Shown: positions 28,902 through 40,477 of the stretch, one piece after another | How the letters are laid out: the number at the start of each line of letters is the position of its first letter | How positions within the stretch are numbered: the first letter of the stretch is position 1 | Assembly: GCA_000092065.1 (NCBI GenBank) | Contig: CP000588.1 | Strand: one strand, 5' to 3' | Length of the DNA stretch: 64,000 nucleotides | From: Ostreococcus lucimarinus | Lineage: Eukaryota | Program-made: the position numbers and the translations under genes | Notes under the pieces: model-generated | What the model saw: the letters and a program-made list of their open reading frames with translations, nothing else | What the model was told of the DNA's origin: nothing | Databases searched by the model: none

Positions 28902-28940
28902 CATTCATTCATTCATTCATTCATTCATTCATTCATTCAT
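28902..28940. repeat. (CATT)n/(ATTC)n tetranucleotide microsatellite, about 9.5 units, 35 bp upstream of the 28975 start codon
   Basis: cattcattcattcattcattcattcattcattcattcat visible in the sequence. Confidence 0.9.
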
Positions 28941-28974
28941 CGATTCGCGACGCGTTCGGGGGGGATTCGCGGGC

Positions 28975-30342
28975 ATGGGCGAGGGATGGCGGCTCGGGAC
29001 GACGGTGCGGGCGTGCGCGGTGATGGCGGTGGCGATCGCGGGCGCGCGGGCGCGGGCGCGGGCGGTGGAGGGAGGGAAGGGACGCGACGCGCGCGACGCG
29101 GAGGCGAGCGGAGGCGAGGGCGAGGCGACGCGGGAGGAGGAGACGGCGTCGACGACGACGGTGTCGAGGAGCGGGAGCGTGCCGGAGTTTGATGAGGTGC
29201 GGGCGATGTATCACGACGCGATGAACACGCTGAGCACGCTGGATGGGGATCAGGGGTACGACGTGGCGACGCGGGCGTTTGGGCGCATCGCGAATCTGGC
29301 CAAGGAGAGGGGAGATAAGAATTTGGAGTGCGAGGCGGCGTTGATCGTGGCGGAGATCGAGATTAACTCGCTGCGGAGGATGTATGCGGTGTATGAGCGC
29401 GATGCCGTGCACGATGGGATCGATGCGTCGCAGTTTGAACGCATCACGCAGACGACGCTCAAGTTGGCGTACGACAACGGCGATAAGATTTCCGAGGCGC
29501 GCGCGCACTTGGCGGTTGGAGATTACTATTCCATGGCGGTGAACGATCACGTGGCGGCGCTGGAGCACTACGGACTCGCGCGCGAGTTCGCGCGCGATGA
29601 AGGAATCTTGCCCGTCGAGACTGAGGCGTGTCGAAGGATGCGGTGGACGCAGAGCATTCGAGGCGACGTCGACGGCGCCGTGGCGCTCTCGCGCGAAGTC
29701 TTACGACTCACGCGCGAGTACGTCGCGATGTTGAATGACGAGAAGGAGTCCTCGAAAAGGGACGCGACAGTACCCCTGATGCTTCGTGAGCATTGGTACT
29801 TGGGTGGGTACGAAAATCAAGAGGTGTACGCGCTCAAGGAGCACGGGTGCACGCTTCGCGGCGAGACGCGTTTGTTGTCGAGGCCGCTTGTTTTGGAAAA
29901 GTACCAAGACGAAGCCGTGCGAACGTTCGAGGAAGCGATAGCGACGCTCGATTCGCACTGGAAGCGCAGCGAAAGCTCGTTCGAGACCGACGCGGAGGGC
30001 GCGGCGATAAAATTGAGTCTTTTGGCGCATCTCGGAGACATTTTAGACAACGACCTCGAGCGCACGCCAGAGAACCACGCGTCTGCCGTCGAGTACAGGA
30101 GAACGTACAACGAACTGAAACCAGGATCATTCGGCTCGAATGTCACGTGCGCACTGTGCGAAGAACCGCTCGGCGGTCTATCCATAGACGACGCGAGGAT
30201 CCAGATGACGTACGCCTGGGACGCGTGCGAATCCAGTCATCACTTCCATTCCGCGTGTCTCGAGGCGGCGTTCGACGAGACGGCGCACGCGGGATGTCCT
30301 GGATGCAAGGCTGAAATCCAATCGACGGCGACGTCAAATTAA
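28975..30342 (+). CDS. Secretory-pathway TPR-like protein with a C-terminal RING-H2-like zinc finger
   Basis: N-terminal hydrophobic signal-like segment MGEGWRLGTTVRACAVMAVAIAGARA, helical-repeat middle, and C-terminal CALCEEPL...CESSHHFHSACL...GCPGC. Confidence 0.55.
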   Translation: MGEGWRLGTTVRACAVMAVAIAGARARARAVEGGKGRDARDAEASGGEGEATREEETASTTTVSRSGSVPEFDEVRAMYHDAMNTLSTLDGDQGYDVATRAFGRIANLAKERGDKNLECEAALIVAEIEINSLRRMYAVYERDAVHDGIDASQFERITQTTLKLAYDNGDKISEARAHLAVGDYYSMAVNDHVAALEHYGLAREFARDEGILPVETEACRRMRWTQSIRGDVDGAVALSREVLRLTREYVAMLNDEKESSKRDATVPLMLREHWYLGGYENQEVYALKEHGCTLRGETRLLSRPLVLEKYQDEAVRTFEEAIATLDSHWKRSESSFETDAEGAAIKLSLLAHLGDILDNDLERTPENHASAVEYRRTYNELKPGSFGSNVTCALCEEPLGGLSIDDARIQMTYAWDACESSHHFHSACLEAAFDETAHAGCPGCKAEIQSTATSN

Positions 30343-31213
30343 GTAGAACATTAGATGAGACAGAACATAGAACACCCGGGTCGCGAAGGCAACTTCGCGA
30401 TCTGCACACCATCGTGGTCGTTTGTAACAACCTTCTCAGAATAGACCGATGACTATTTTTGTCCCGCCTCACTCGGGCGCGCGCGATGACGATCGAAACA
30501 ACGCAATCGCCGCCGCCCGCGTCGAATTGGTGCGTCTCGCGCGTGCGTCCGTCTTGAGCGCGCGCGCCACCCTCGTCTCGCCTCGCGACTCCAAAGAGTC
30601 AAACGCCGCTTCGACTGACTGACGCGGTTCTCGCGCAGCGCTCTTGGAAGTGCCCAGAGACTCGAACGCCGCGGCGGATCCCTCGTGGCCATCCCACACT
30701 ACGTGAAAAAGACAGGGTACCGAGCCGCGAACGCGTACGGCGCGAGGCCGGTCTTCGTCGCCGAAACGACATCCGCGAGCGCGCAACAGAAGGTTCTCGG
30801 CGCCGCGCGCGACGCCGGCGGTCGAGGCAAAGGCACCGCCCGAAAAGCGCTCATGCCCTACGCCCCCGACGCGCCGCGAAACCGTCCTCGCGGGAGTTTG
30901 CAAAACACCATCGGTCGCCGATTCGGCCCGTCGTGCGCGGCGACGCTCAAGCGCGAACGCTACCGCGGCGCGAGCTCGATTTCTCTCGCCGACGGTTCCA
31001 TCCACGAGCCCTGGCGCACGACCAATCAAGTCATGGTCCCATCTCAACGCGTGGTTCAGACCACCGGATTAGACAATCCCGGCATCTCGTCGACGATCGC
31101 CAAGCGCGTGCACGCCTCGCAGCGCCGATAGCGCGCGCATTGTAATCGTCGCGTCTCGCGCGCTTTAAAGCTTCCCACAGCCGCCACTTTCGCCATTTCG
31201 AGACGCGCGCGCG

Positions 31214-34200
31214 ATGTACGCCGACGGCATCGACGACGACGACGACCGGCGTCGAGATGACGACGACGACGACCGCGCGGGCGCGCTCGTGGGCGGCTTG
31301 GAGCTCCGCGCGCCGCGCGACGCCGCGACCAATCCGCGCGGTCCCGGTGGATCGACCTCGCGCTTGGGACTCGACGCACTCGCGCACGCGAAGCGACGCG
31401 AGAAGCGCGCGCGCGAGAGCGCGCTGTCGTTCTCACTCGACGCCGAGGACGACGCGGGAGAGGCGCGCGCGAGGCGCGGGGTAGAAGGCGAGAGCAGAGG
31501 ACAGCGGGACGGGAAACAATTCAGAGCGCGCCGGGACGAAACGCCGTCGCATCCGGGAGGACTGAACGCGCACGCCAAGGAAGCGATCGATCGACGCAGA
31601 AAAGATGGAAAGTTTGGACGGGGGTTGCAGGCGCGACGTGAGGATGAACGGGATGGCGAAGATGCGGACGGGCGGCGACGGAGTTGGCGCGGCGACGACG
31701 GCGAGTGGGAGGAGACGCCGAGGAGAGATCGAGACGGACGGATGATGACGCCGAAGTTCGCGAAACATGGATCGTGGGATGATATCGCGGCGCAACCGGC
31801 GACGGCGCGGAGTGGGTCTGGAGGTGGGTGGAGCGGGAACGCGTCGAGCAGTCAACGGTCGCATTCGTTGCGCTTTGAGATGGATACGCCCGCGGCAACG
31901 CCGAGTTGGAAATCCAATGCCTGGGCCACGGGGGCGATGGCGAACGCAAACAAGTTTGTTACCGAAGGTACCGCCGTCGCGGCCGAAGATGACGACGCGC
32001 CAGCCCCGGATGACGACGCGGAGAAGGTTTTGGATCGCGCGTGGTACGACGACGACGAGGGCGGCGGCGCGCACGGCGACGCGCACAACCCTTTTAACAC
32101 GAACGCACGGGATGAGGCGCGTTACGCGAACAAAGAACAAGAATACGCGAAAAGGTTGACTCGACGCGACGGGTCGCTCATGTCCATGGCTGCGTCGCGA
32201 CGCGTCAGTCAACTCAACGCCGATTCAAATCAATGGGAAGAAAATCGTATGATGACGTCCGGTGTGATTCGCACCAAGGAAATTGATTTGGATTTTGATG
32301 ACATGGAAGAAAACCGCGCGGTTTTGCTCGTGCACGACACGAAACCGCCATTCTTAGACGGCCGTATGGTGTTCACGAAGCAGCAAGAGACTGTCGTACC
32401 GGTGAAGGACGTCACGAGCGACATGGCGCAAATCGCGCGCAAAGGAAGCGCGTTGGTGAAGGAAGTGCGTACGAAGCGAGAGGAGAACAAAGGTCGGGAT
32501 CGATTTTGGGAAATGAAAGGGTCGAAGATGGGATCGATCACGGGTACGACACAAGCTGAAAACAAGGAAGCCGCGGAAAACGCGCAAGCGGCGAAAGGTC
32601 GCGATGACGACAGACCAGACGTCGTCGGCGCGGACGGCGAAATCGATTTCAAGGCTGGCGCCAAGTTTGCCGAGCACATGAAAGGTTCGAAGGCGAGCGC
32701 ACAAAGCGAGTTCGCGAAGACGAAGACGATCAAAGAACAGCGTGAGTTCTTACCTGTGTACGGTTGTCGCGAAGACTTGATGCATGTCATTCGCGAAAAT
32801 CAAATCGTAGTCGTCGTCGGCGAAACCGGAAGCGGTAAGACGACGCAAATGACGCAATACATGCACGAGGAAGGTTACTCCACATTCGGGATGGTCGGTT
32901 GCACTCAACCCCGTCGTGTAGCTGCAATGAGCGTCGCGAAGCGTGTGAGCGAGGAAATGGGCTGTGAACTAGGTAAGGAAGTCGGTTACGCCATTCGATT
33001 CGAGGACTGCACGGGGCCTGATACGATTATCAAGTACATGACGGATGGCGTGCTTCTTCGAGAAACTTTGCGCGAACCTGATCTTAACATGTACAGCTGT
33101 ATCATCATGGACGAAGCGCACGAACGATCGTTACACACTGACGTTCTATTCGGTATTCTGAAGAAAGTTGTCGCGCGCCGTCGCGATTTCAAGCTCATCG
33201 TCACGTCGGCGACGTTGAACGCAGAAAAGTTTAGTAACTTCTTTGGATCGGTGCCGGTTTTCCACATTCCTGGTCGCACGTTCCCGGTCGATATTCTGTA
33301 CTCCAAGACACCCGTGGAGGATTACGTCGAAGCTGCGGTGAAGCAAGCGCTCACTGTGCATCTCTCGTCGGGACCGGGTGACATTTTGATCTTCATGACG
33401 GGTCAAGAAGAAATCGAGACGGTGACGTACACGTTGGAAGAGCGCGTCGAGCAGTTGATGAGCGAAGGCACGTGTCCACCGCTGAACGTTTTACCAATCT
33501 ACTCACAACTCCCGAGCGATTTGCAGGCGAAGATTTTTCAAGACGCAGAGGATGGTAACCGAAAGTGCATCGTCAGTACGAACATCGCGGAGACGTCGCT
33601 CACGCTCGACGGCGTCATGTACGTCATCGACAGTGGTTATTGCAAACTTTCAGTGTTTAATCCTCGAATGGGTATGAATGCTTTGCAAGTTTTCCCTTGC
33701 GCGCAAGCTGCGGTGAATCAACGCAGCGGCCGCGCCGGTCGTACTGGACCAGGGACGTGCTATCGCCTGTACACGGAGATGGCGTTCAAGCACGAAATGC
33801 TCGTCTCGACGGTTCCCGAGATTCAACGCACCAACTTGGGTAACGTCGTGTTACTTTTGAAGTCGCTCAACGTGGATAACTTGTTAGATTTTGACTTCAT
33901 GGATCCTCCTCCCCAAGAAAATATCTTGAACAGCATGTATTCCCTGTGGATTTTAGGCGCGCTCGACAACACTGGCGGGCTCACGAAACTCGGCTCGAAG
34001 ATGGTTGAGTTTCCCGTCGACCCGCCGCTGGCGCAGATGCTCATCAAAGCGGAAGAAACGGGCTGCTCGAACGAAATGCTCACCGTCGTCGCGATGTTAT
34101 CGGTTCCGTCAGTGTGGTTCAGGCCGAAGGATCGAGAGGAAGAATCCGACGCCGCGCGCGAAAAGTTCTTCGTTCCCGAAAGCGACCACTTGACGTTGCT

Positions 34201-34906
34201 CAACGTGTACCAGCAATGGAAAAATAACGGGTACAGGAACGATTGGTGCAACAAGCATTTCATTCAGGGCAAAGGTCTGAAGAAAGGTAGAGAGGTGCGC
34301 GCGCAATTGATGGATATCATGAAGCAACAGAAAATCCCGCTCGTGAGCTGTGGGCAAGATTGGGACGTCTGCCGTCGATCCATCGCCGCCGCGTACTTTC
34401 ATCAAGCGGCGCGTTTGAAAGGCGTCGGTGAGTATGTCAATGCTCGCAATGGTATGCCTTGCCACCTTCATCCGAGCTCAGCGCTTTATGGTCTGGGTTA
34501 CACTCCTGATTACGTCGTATACCACGAACTCATCATGACATCGAAAGAATACATGCAATGCGTCACCGCCGTCGAACCGCACTGGCTCGCCGAATTCGGA
34601 CCGATGTTTTTCACGCTCAAGGAGAGCCATTCGAGCATGTTGAAATCAAAGGCGAAGCGCAAAGAGGACAAGGCGAAGATGGAGGCTGAAATGCAAGCTA
34701 AACGCGATGAGGAAGCACAGCTGCAAGAAGCGCAGCGCACGCGAGAAGAAGATCGCCGCGCGAGACAAAGGAGTCAAATCGTGACGCCGGGGCAACGCAG
34801 CGCGGCGACGACGCCGCGCGTAGATTACGGAACGTCGCGTCCCCCATCGAGCGTTCGGCGCGGTGCGGGTGGCCGGACGCCGGGAAGAAAACGCTTTGGA
34901 CTATAG
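31214..34906 (+). CDS. PRP16: Pre-mRNA-splicing factor ATP-dependent RNA helicase PRP16 (DHX38)
   Basis: RD/RS-rich N-terminus, DEAH core ([30 protein letters not shown]), HA2/OB C-terminus, and the PRP16-specific segment [26 protein letters not shown] before the helicase. Confidence 0.9.
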   Translation: MYADGIDDDDDRRRDDDDDDRAGALVGGLELRAPRDAATNPRGPGGSTSRLGLDALAHAKRREKRARESALSFSLDAEDDAGEARARRGVEGESRGQRDGKQFRARRDETPSHPGGLNAHAKEAIDRRRKDGKFGRGLQARREDERDGEDADGRRRSWRGDDGEWEETPRRDRDGRMMTPKFAKHGSWDDIAAQPATARSGSGGGWSGNASSSQRSHSLRFEMDTPAATPSWKSNAWATGAMANANKFVTEGTAVAAEDDDAPAPDDDAEKVLDRAWYDDDEGGGAHGDAHNPFNTNARDEARYANKEQEYAKRLTRRDGSLMSMAASRRVSQLNADSNQWEENRMMTSGVIRTKEIDLDFDDMEENRAVLLVHDTKPPFLDGRMVFTKQQETVVPVKDVTSDMAQIARKGSALVKEVRTKREENKGRDRFWEMKGSKMGSITGTTQAENKEAAENAQAAKGRDDDRPDVVGADGEIDFKAGAKFAEHMKGSKASAQSEFAKTKTIKEQREFLPVYGCREDLMHVIRENQIVVVVGETGSGKTTQMTQYMHEEGYSTFGMVGCTQPRRVAAMSVAKRVSEEMGCELGKEVGYAIRFEDCTGPDTIIKYMTDGVLLRETLREPDLNMYSCIIMDEAHERSLHTDVLFGILKKVVARRRDFKLIVTSATLNAEKFSNFFGSVPVFHIPGRTFPVDILYSKTPVEDYVEAAVKQALTVHLSSGPGDILIFMTGQEEIETVTYTLEERVEQLMSEGTCPPLNVLPIYSQLPSDLQAKIFQDAEDGNRKCIVSTNIAETSLTLDGVMYVIDSGYCKLSVFNPRMGMNALQVFPCAQAAVNQRSGRAGRTGPGTCYRLYTEMAFKHEMLVSTVPEIQRTNLGNVVLLLKSLNVDNLLDFDFMDPPPQENILNSMYSLWILGALDNTGGLTKLGSKMVEFPVDPPLAQMLIKAEETGCSNEMLTVVAMLSVPSVWFRPKDREEESDAAREKFFVPESDHLTLLNVYQQWKNNGYRNDWCNKHFIQGKGLKKGREVRAQLMDIMKQQKIPLVSCGQDWDVCRRSIAAAYFHQAARLKGVGEYVNARNGMPCHLHPSSALYGLGYTPDYVVYHELIMTSKEYMQCVTAVEPHWLAEFGPMFFTLKESHSSMLKSKAKRKEDKAKMEAEMQAKRDEEAQLQEAQRTREEDRRARQRSQIVTPGQRSAATTPRVDYGTSRPPSSVRRGAGGRTPGRKRFGL

Positions 34907-34960
34907 ATAGGATTGTAGATTAGCTAATTTTAGACAACCATTACAACGTTTCTAGTCATC

Positions 34961-37414
34961 TCAGTTAGTGGTAACCGCTAAGCGCTTCAAATGATCCATG
35001 AACACTTGCAGACTCACGTCATCCGTGAAAATGATGTCCGATCCGCCACCCATCGTCGCGCTCGAGTTGTACGTCGCGCTCGGATTCAATTTGGCCAACA
35101 AAAAGCGCGCCTGAGAGCCGTGCTGATCGCAATCAACCAAACGCGGCACGGGGAATCTAGTGGCGATTATTTGTTCCGCCTCCGCCTTGGGCGCCGCGAG
35201 CAAGTCTTTGAACGCCACGTGCTCTGGCTGATCTTGATAGTTCGCCTTTCGCCACTGCGCGATCGTCATACCGTGGAAAACGACAACACTGAAGTAAGCG
35301 TCGAGGACCAAGATTTTGTCCGCGGCGATCGAGCACACGTCCAGCAATACGGGCTCGGGAGGACCGTTGAAGGAGTACGCCGTCAACGTGGGTTGAATCA
35401 TCACCAACGAATTGAAGACGTTTTCACGCATCAAAATCATGCGGAAATACGCCGTCTCGTCGGGCGAATTGTTGAACACTTGCACGAACTGCGATCGTCG
35501 CAAGTTGAACATGAACTGCGGGTAAATGCTAAATTGCGGCATGAGCTGAAACGAATGCGGATCGTCCTTTCTGTAATCGCCAAAGCGCTGGCACAGCTGG
35601 ATGAGCTTGCGATCGAGCCATCTCGTCGCCGCGGGGCAATCCGTTTCTTCCTCAGTCTCCATCTTCCAAGACAACTGCCTAGCGACGAGCACGGCTGCGG
35701 CTTCTTGATCGAACCCGGCGGCGATGTCGTTCAAATTTTGTCCTTCGGTCCAACGACGACTCGTCGTGATGACGCGCATGCGCGTCTCGCCGCTGGGGAG
35801 CGTGTACGTGCACAGAAATTGCAGGTAAAACTGTTGCGCTTGCTGCCCTTGCATGGCCATCGGCTGTTGATCTTTCCCACCCGGATTCGCAACATCAAAG
35901 TACACCGCCAGAGACGTTTCGTTCGTGAGTGTGCAAAGCTTCCACGCCGTCGTTCCGCCGCTACCGATGGGCGTGTCGCTCGTCGCGCCTGGCAAACCTT
36001 TTCGATCGAGCGCAGCGCATGGTCCGATCACCCCCGCTGTCCTCACGTCGCGGCTCGTGATTACTTCGAACTGTCCGTTGTACGCGATTCCCAATCCACC
36101 CTCAGCGTCTGGGGCGAAAAGTTTTTGAAACGACGTCTTGAACACGGTGTGCGAAAACGACTCAGCCAGCACGACGTTCCCGCCAGTCTTTTCCACGCAA
36201 ACTTTCATCTCCGCCAGTCCGACTTGATCGAGCGCGCACGCGAACACGTCCAACACGTGTCCATTCGCGCACAGGTTGATCGCCACCTGTTCGTAATACT
36301 TTTTGGCCTTGTGATAAAACGGCGCCGCGCCCTTGACTATGTCCTTGTGCGATCGCACCGCCTGCTCCATATCTTTCGCCACGATCGTTCCACCTCCATC
36401 CGTAGCCGCGCCGCCGGTGAATAACATCGCCCTCGCGTTCATCCCGATCGCGGACGTGGACAACAGACAAGACGCCACCATGAGCGCCGTGCCCGTGCAT
36501 CGCGACCGTCGGCACGACGGCAACGGCGCGAACGCGTCTCGCTGCAATTCCTCCAAAATCGCCGTAAACTGAAATTCACACTCGCTCAGCGGCACCAAGA
36601 ACTTGCTCGTCGGCATCGCTCCCGGGTGTGCGCCGTTCATCCCCGGCTGCGCGCCCGCCATCCCCGGAGCTCGACCGTTCGTCTGCCGGTGCCCGCCCCC
36701 GAGCGTCAACTGGTCCTTAATCTGCTGTTGCGTAAACTCCTTATTTCCCCGAAACACGTACGATTTCGGGCAATCCGCGAACCCCAACTCGTGCACGTGC
36801 ACGTGCGTCCCGAACGTCACCAACCCAACCCGCGCGTCCTCCGGCAACAGACTCAGCGCCTGCGTCAGCGCCTGCTTCAGCGCCGTCAACTCCTCCTCCT
36901 CCGCGCACGCGTCGACGACGAACAGATACCCCGGTCCGCATCCCGTCCCCTGTCCCGCTCGCGGCACCGCGTACTCTATCGTCGTGTAGCTCGGGAACAG
37001 CTCCGCCGGCAGATTCGTCTCGCTCAGCGCGTTGTAGTGCGGCGGAAAGTGATTCCTCGCGTGGCACAGGCAGCACACCCAGATCTTGCTCGCGAAATCC
37101 ACCCTCGCGTACGGGTTCAGCCCCCCCCCGCACCCCTTGCACCGCACGCACTCGTACGGCACGCGCGGCGCGACCTCCGACGCGATCTCTCGCAGCGGCG
37201 TGACGACCGCGCCGAACGGCACGACGCACTTCGTCATCTCGGCTCGCGAATTCGCCACCACGTTCCACGACATTCGCACGCCGTCGCACGCCTCCAGCGC
37301 GCTCCAATCCACGCCCGCGCGCGCGACATCGTTGGCGCTCCGCGCGCGCGCCGCGGGGTCGTCGCGCGACGCCATGACGGCGTCGTCGTGTGCCGATCGA
37401 CGCATTCGCGCCAA
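34961..37414 (-). CDS. SEC23: COPII coat protein Sec23
   Basis: [13 protein letters not shown]-term, Zn-finger [36 protein letters not shown], trunk, helical and gelsolin-like domains. Confidence 0.9.
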   Translation of the reverse strand: MARMRRSAHDDAVMASRDDPAARARSANDVARAGVDWSALEACDGVRMSWNVVANSRAEMTKCVVPFGAVVTPLREIASEVAPRVPYECVRCKGCGGGLNPYARVDFASKIWVCCLCHARNHFPPHYNALSETNLPAELFPSYTTIEYAVPRAGQGTGCGPGYLFVVDACAEEEELTALKQALTQALSLLPEDARVGLVTFGTHVHVHELGFADCPKSYVFRGNKEFTQQQIKDQLTLGGGHRQTNGRAPGMAGAQPGMNGAHPGAMPTSKFLVPLSECEFQFTAILEELQRDAFAPLPSCRRSRCTGTALMVASCLLSTSAIGMNARAMLFTGGAATDGGGTIVAKDMEQAVRSHKDIVKGAAPFYHKAKKYYEQVAINLCANGHVLDVFACALDQVGLAEMKVCVEKTGGNVVLAESFSHTVFKTSFQKLFAPDAEGGLGIAYNGQFEVITSRDVRTAGVIGPCAALDRKGLPGATSDTPIGSGGTTAWKLCTLTNETSLAVYFDVANPGGKDQQPMAMQGQQAQQFYLQFLCTYTLPSGETRMRVITTSRRWTEGQNLNDIAAGFDQEAAAVLVARQLSWKMETEEETDCPAATRWLDRKLIQLCQRFGDYRKDDPHSFQLMPQFSIYPQFMFNLRRSQFVQVFNNSPDETAYFRMILMRENVFNSLVMIQPTLTAYSFNGPPEPVLLDVCSIAADKILVLDAYFSVVVFHGMTIAQWRKANYQDQPEHVAFKDLLAAPKAEAEQIIATRFPVPRLVDCDQHGSQARFLLAKLNPSATYNSSATMGGGSDIIFTDDVSLQVFMDHLKRLAVTTN

Positions 37415-37491
37415 CGAATCATCACCTCATTCGACGAATCGACGCGCGACGACGCGCGCACACGGCGACGCGCGCCGGATCGCGTCGCGCG

Positions 37492-38880
37492 ATGTCGCGC
37501 GCGTCGTCGCGCGTCGCGCCGGCGCTGGCTCGGCGCGCGCGCGCGGCGACGCGCGACGCGCGGGGCGCGACGACGACGACGCGCGACGACGACGCGACGC
37601 GACGACGACGACGCGCGACGACGGAGGCGCGCGACGACGGGCAGCGACGCGCGCTGGACGCGCTGGAGCGGTTCTACGACGGCGCGCGCCTCGGGACGCG
37701 CGCGGGGCGAGGGGTGTACCTGCACGGAGGCGTCGGGCGAGGGAAGACGGCGCTCGCGGACGCGACGAGCGAGGACGCGAGAGAAAAGGGCGGACTCGAG
37801 GTCGAGCGAACGCATTTTCACGCGTTCATGGCGAGGATACATCGAGCGCTGCACGAGAGCGCGATGAAGGCGCGCGGCGAGGGCGGGGGGGGGGCGGATG
37901 ATCCGCTGTGGACGCTGGGGAAAAACATGGCGACGAAGACGCGGCAACACGTGCTGTGCCTGGACGAGATGGAGATCAGCGACGTGGCGGACGCGATGGT
38001 GATCGAGAGGTTGATGCGATCGTACTTCGCGCACGGCGGAGCGCTGGTGACGACGTCGAATTGCGCGCCGGAAAGATTGTATTACGGTGGGATTAATCGA
38101 GCGGCGTTCGCGGGATTCGCGGACGGGTTGCGAGCGCGGTGCGAAGTGGTGGATTTGGACGCGCGCGAGAGCGTGGATTATCGTCGGCGCGCGCGCGATG
38201 AAGACGTGGAGGATGGAGTGATCTTCGTCGGCGATGACGACGCGACGCGTGAGCGACTGTCGCGCGCGTGGGATCGTTTCACGCGAGACGCCGAAGGCGA
38301 ACGCGAAGTCGACGCCGACGTCGGCCGTCTGCGCGCGAAGGCTCGCGTGGGCGCGCACGCGAGGTTCACGTTCGATGATATTTGCGGGCGGCGATCGCGC
38401 GCGGCGCCGAGCGATTACGTCGCGCTCGCCGAGCGATTCAAAGTGATTTGCGTGGAGGACGTCCCGAGACTGCCCGTCGACGCGAGCGAAAACGAAGCGC
38501 GGCGGTTCATCAACCTCATCGACGTCTTATACGAGCATCGCGTCGTGCTCCTGGCGAATCTATGGACGTCCCCCGACGATCTCTTCGACGTCGTCGACGG
38601 CGCCGTCGACGATTCCGACGCGTTCCGCGAGCTCGCGCCTCGCGAACGCACGCGAATCGAAAACGCGTTTCAGAGCACGCTTTCCGTCACCCGGGACGGC
38701 GGCAGCAGCGGTCGCTCGACGACGATGCTCGCTCCCGAGCTCGAGTGGTCCGCCACCGGTCGCGTCGGCGCCTCGTTAGCGCACGTCTCCGGCGTCAATT
38801 TCACGCTCGCCGCGAGTCCGCGCGCCGCGTCTCGCTTGCACCACATGCGCTCGAGCGCGTATTTCAATACTTCTCCCTAG
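37492..38880 (+). CDS. AFG1: AFG1-like (LACE1) mitochondrial ATPase
   Basis: P-loop GVYLHGGVGRGKT, LCLDEMEISDVADAM, RLMRSYFAHGGALVTTSNCAPERLYYGGINR. Start uncertain; the track ORF starts at 37390 and overlaps the Sec23 start head-to-head. Confidence 0.75.
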   Translation: MSRASSRVAPALARRARAATRDARGATTTTRDDDATRRRRRATTEARDDGQRRALDALERFYDGARLGTRAGRGVYLHGGVGRGKTALADATSEDAREKGGLEVERTHFHAFMARIHRALHESAMKARGEGGGGADDPLWTLGKNMATKTRQHVLCLDEMEISDVADAMVIERLMRSYFAHGGALVTTSNCAPERLYYGGINRAAFAGFADGLRARCEVVDLDARESVDYRRRARDEDVEDGVIFVGDDDATRERLSRAWDRFTRDAEGEREVDADVGRLRAKARVGAHARFTFDDICGRRSRAAPSDYVALAERFKVICVEDVPRLPVDASENEARRFINLIDVLYEHRVVLLANLWTSPDDLFDVVDGAVDDSDAFRELAPRERTRIENAFQSTLSVTRDGGSSGRSTTMLAPELEWSATGRVGASLAHVSGVNFTLAASPRAASRLHHMRSSAYFNTSP

Positions 38881-38919
38881 CGCCCATCCCCAGAACCGCA
38901 CGCCCGCTCGCGCGCGACC

Positions 38920-39114
38920 ATGTTCGCCGCCGCCCGCCCCCGAACGATCGCGCGACCGTCCGTTCGCGCCGCCGCGTCCGCGAGGCGCGCGTCTCGCGCC
39001 GCCGCGCGCGTCCACGCGCGCGCGAACGACGGTGACGTCAACGTGGATCGCCGCGAGTTCGTTCGCAACGCCGCGTTCGCGGCGCTGTCCGCGACGCTCG
39101 TCGCCCCGCGAGAG
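38920..39114 (+). CDS. PSB27: Psb27 (photosystem II repair/assembly lumenal protein) exon 1: transit peptide plus twin-arginine lumenal signal
   Basis: MFAAARPRTIARPS... then DRREFVRNAAFAALSATLVAP (RR motif plus hydrophobic core). Exon ends at a GTGCGC donor. Confidence 0.7.
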
Positions 39115-39367
39115 GTGCGCGCGCGAGCGATGCGCGCGATCGATGACGCGCGAGCGACGCGCGCGCGCGGGAGACGCGAGCGAGGCCGCGCGCGCGGTCG
39201 GGACGGCGGGGACGCCTTATCGGGACGGTTCGGCGTGCGCGACGGCGACGCGCGGCGACGCGGGGACGCGGCGACGCGCGCGCGCGAGGGCAGCGACGAA
39301 TGATTCGACCGCGGATCGCGCGATTCGATGACTGACGACGACGGCACGGGCGCGTGGACGTTCGCAG
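39115..39367 (+). other. Spliceosomal intron in psb27 (253 nt, GT...AG, phase 0)
   Basis: Donor GAG|GTGCGC, branch-like GATGACTGAC, acceptor TTCGCAG|GCG. Splicing joins ...TLVAPRE to ARAGFFGGDKEEKYQ..., giving an AxA (ARA) signal-peptidase site and restoring Psb27 homology. Confidence 0.7.
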
Positions 39368-39712
39368 GCGCGCGCGGGTTTCTTCGGCGGGGATAAGGAG
39401 GAAAAGTACCAGACGGAGACGAAAGCCATCATCGAGCAAGTGAAGCAGACGTTGGAGATGGCGCCCGGTACGGAAGGTCGCGAAGAGTCTATTAACACGA
39501 CGCGCAACATGACCAACGCGTGGGTGGCGAAGTACCGCAGAGATAATAAGACGACGGGCAAGCCGTCGTACGGTCAGGTGTACAGCGCGTTGAACGCGGT
39601 GAGCGGTCACTTCAACAACTTTGGCACCAAGTACCCGTTCCCGGCGAAGAGAAAGGATCGCGTGTTCGCGGAATTCGAGCAGGCTGAGCTCTTGCTTTCG
39701 CGCGGAAGATAA
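39368..39712 (+). CDS. PSB27: Psb27 exon 2 (mature lumenal domain)
   Basis: EEKYQTETKAIIEQVKQTL...NAWVAKYRRDNKTTGKPSYGQVYSALNAVSGHFNNFGTKYPFPAKRKDRVFAEFEQAELLLSRGR is near-collinear with plant Psb27-H1 (NSWVAKYRKEK...IYSALNAVSGHY.SFGP.APIPAKRKARILEE...AEKALSRGR). Confidence 0.85.
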   Translation, partial: ARAGFFGGDKEEKYQTETKAIIEQVKQTLEMAPGTEGREESINTTRNMTNAWVAKYRRDNKTTGKPSYGQVYSALNAVSGHFNNFGTKYPFPAKRKDRVFAEFEQAELLLSRGR

Positions 39713-39845
39713 TTTTTCGGTATGCGTTCGAGCGCCGAGTGCAATGACAAGAAAACCAAAACGTTTTGCTCGCTCGCGGCGTCGAGTCTCGCCCGCGCCA
39801 TCGTCGTCGTCCCTTTTCGAACGTTACAACCGTCTACGCGTTACG

Positions 39846-40418
39846 TTATTTCGACGCGCGCTCGCACAATTCGTCGTCGATCTGTCGAAGGACGCCGACG
39901 ATGAATTCTTCGCAGCTCTTTTTCAGCGCCGCGTAGCACGCGTCCTCGCGCTCGCGATGTTCCTTCTTGCGGTTTTCGACTTTGATCTCAAACGCGCACT
40001 CCTCATCTTCGGCGCAATCGCGGGAGAACTCAGGGATGTGAATCGTACCCTGAACCTCCACTGCCGCCTCGTCTCCGTCTTCGTCTTCGCCGTCTTCGCC
40101 GTCTTCTTCGGCGAACGAAGCGCGCCACTCCAGCGTCGTCTCGAAATCAAACCCATGTCGCGGTTTCCCTCGAATCATCACCACGCTCGCATCGCCTTCG
40201 CACTTCTTCACCCCGACCACGCGCGCGACGACGCCCGCGAACGCGCCGTCCAAGTCAAACTTTCCTCGCTCGACGACGAGCGTCTCCAGGCGCGCGCGCG
40301 CCCAATCCGTGTGCCCTCGCTCTTCCCACGTCCCCGCCGCGTTCCACGCCGATATCTGCGTCGATGACACTTGTCTCGTCAACGCCGCCGCTTCCTCGCT
40401 CGTGATTCGCTGCGTCAT
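39846..40418 (-). CDS. Aha1 N-terminal-domain protein (Hsp90 ATPase activator-like, N-domain only)
   Basis: ISAWNAAGTWEERGHTDWARARLETLV...CEGDASVVMIRGKPRHGFDFETTLEW...VQGTIHIPEFS matches the Aha1_N pattern (NNWHWTEKD...GEASINNRKGK...GTVEIPNLS). Confidence 0.65.
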   Translation of the reverse strand: MTQRITSEEAAALTRQVSSTQISAWNAAGTWEERGHTDWARARLETLVVERGKFDLDGAFAGVVARVVGVKKCEGDASVVMIRGKPRHGFDFETTLEWRASFAEEDGEDGEDEDGDEAAVEVQGTIHIPEFSRDCAEDEECAFEIKVENRKKEHREREDACYAALKKSCEEFIVGVLRQIDDELCERASK

Positions 40419-40446
40419 TCAACAGTCGTTCCTCGTCAGTCGTCGT

Positions 40447-40477
<31 letters not shown>

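Noticed and set aside
30469-31131. ORFs 30685..31131 (+) and 30469..31047 (-) in the RING-protein/PRP16 intergenic region
   Set aside because: No recognisable family and mutually overlapping. More likely 3' UTR and promoter sequence, though a small gene cannot be excluded.
34991-37867. Plus-strand ORFs 34991..36424 and 36626..37867 antisense to Sec23
   Set aside because: No domains and arginine-biased. Sec23 homology is unambiguous on the minus strand.
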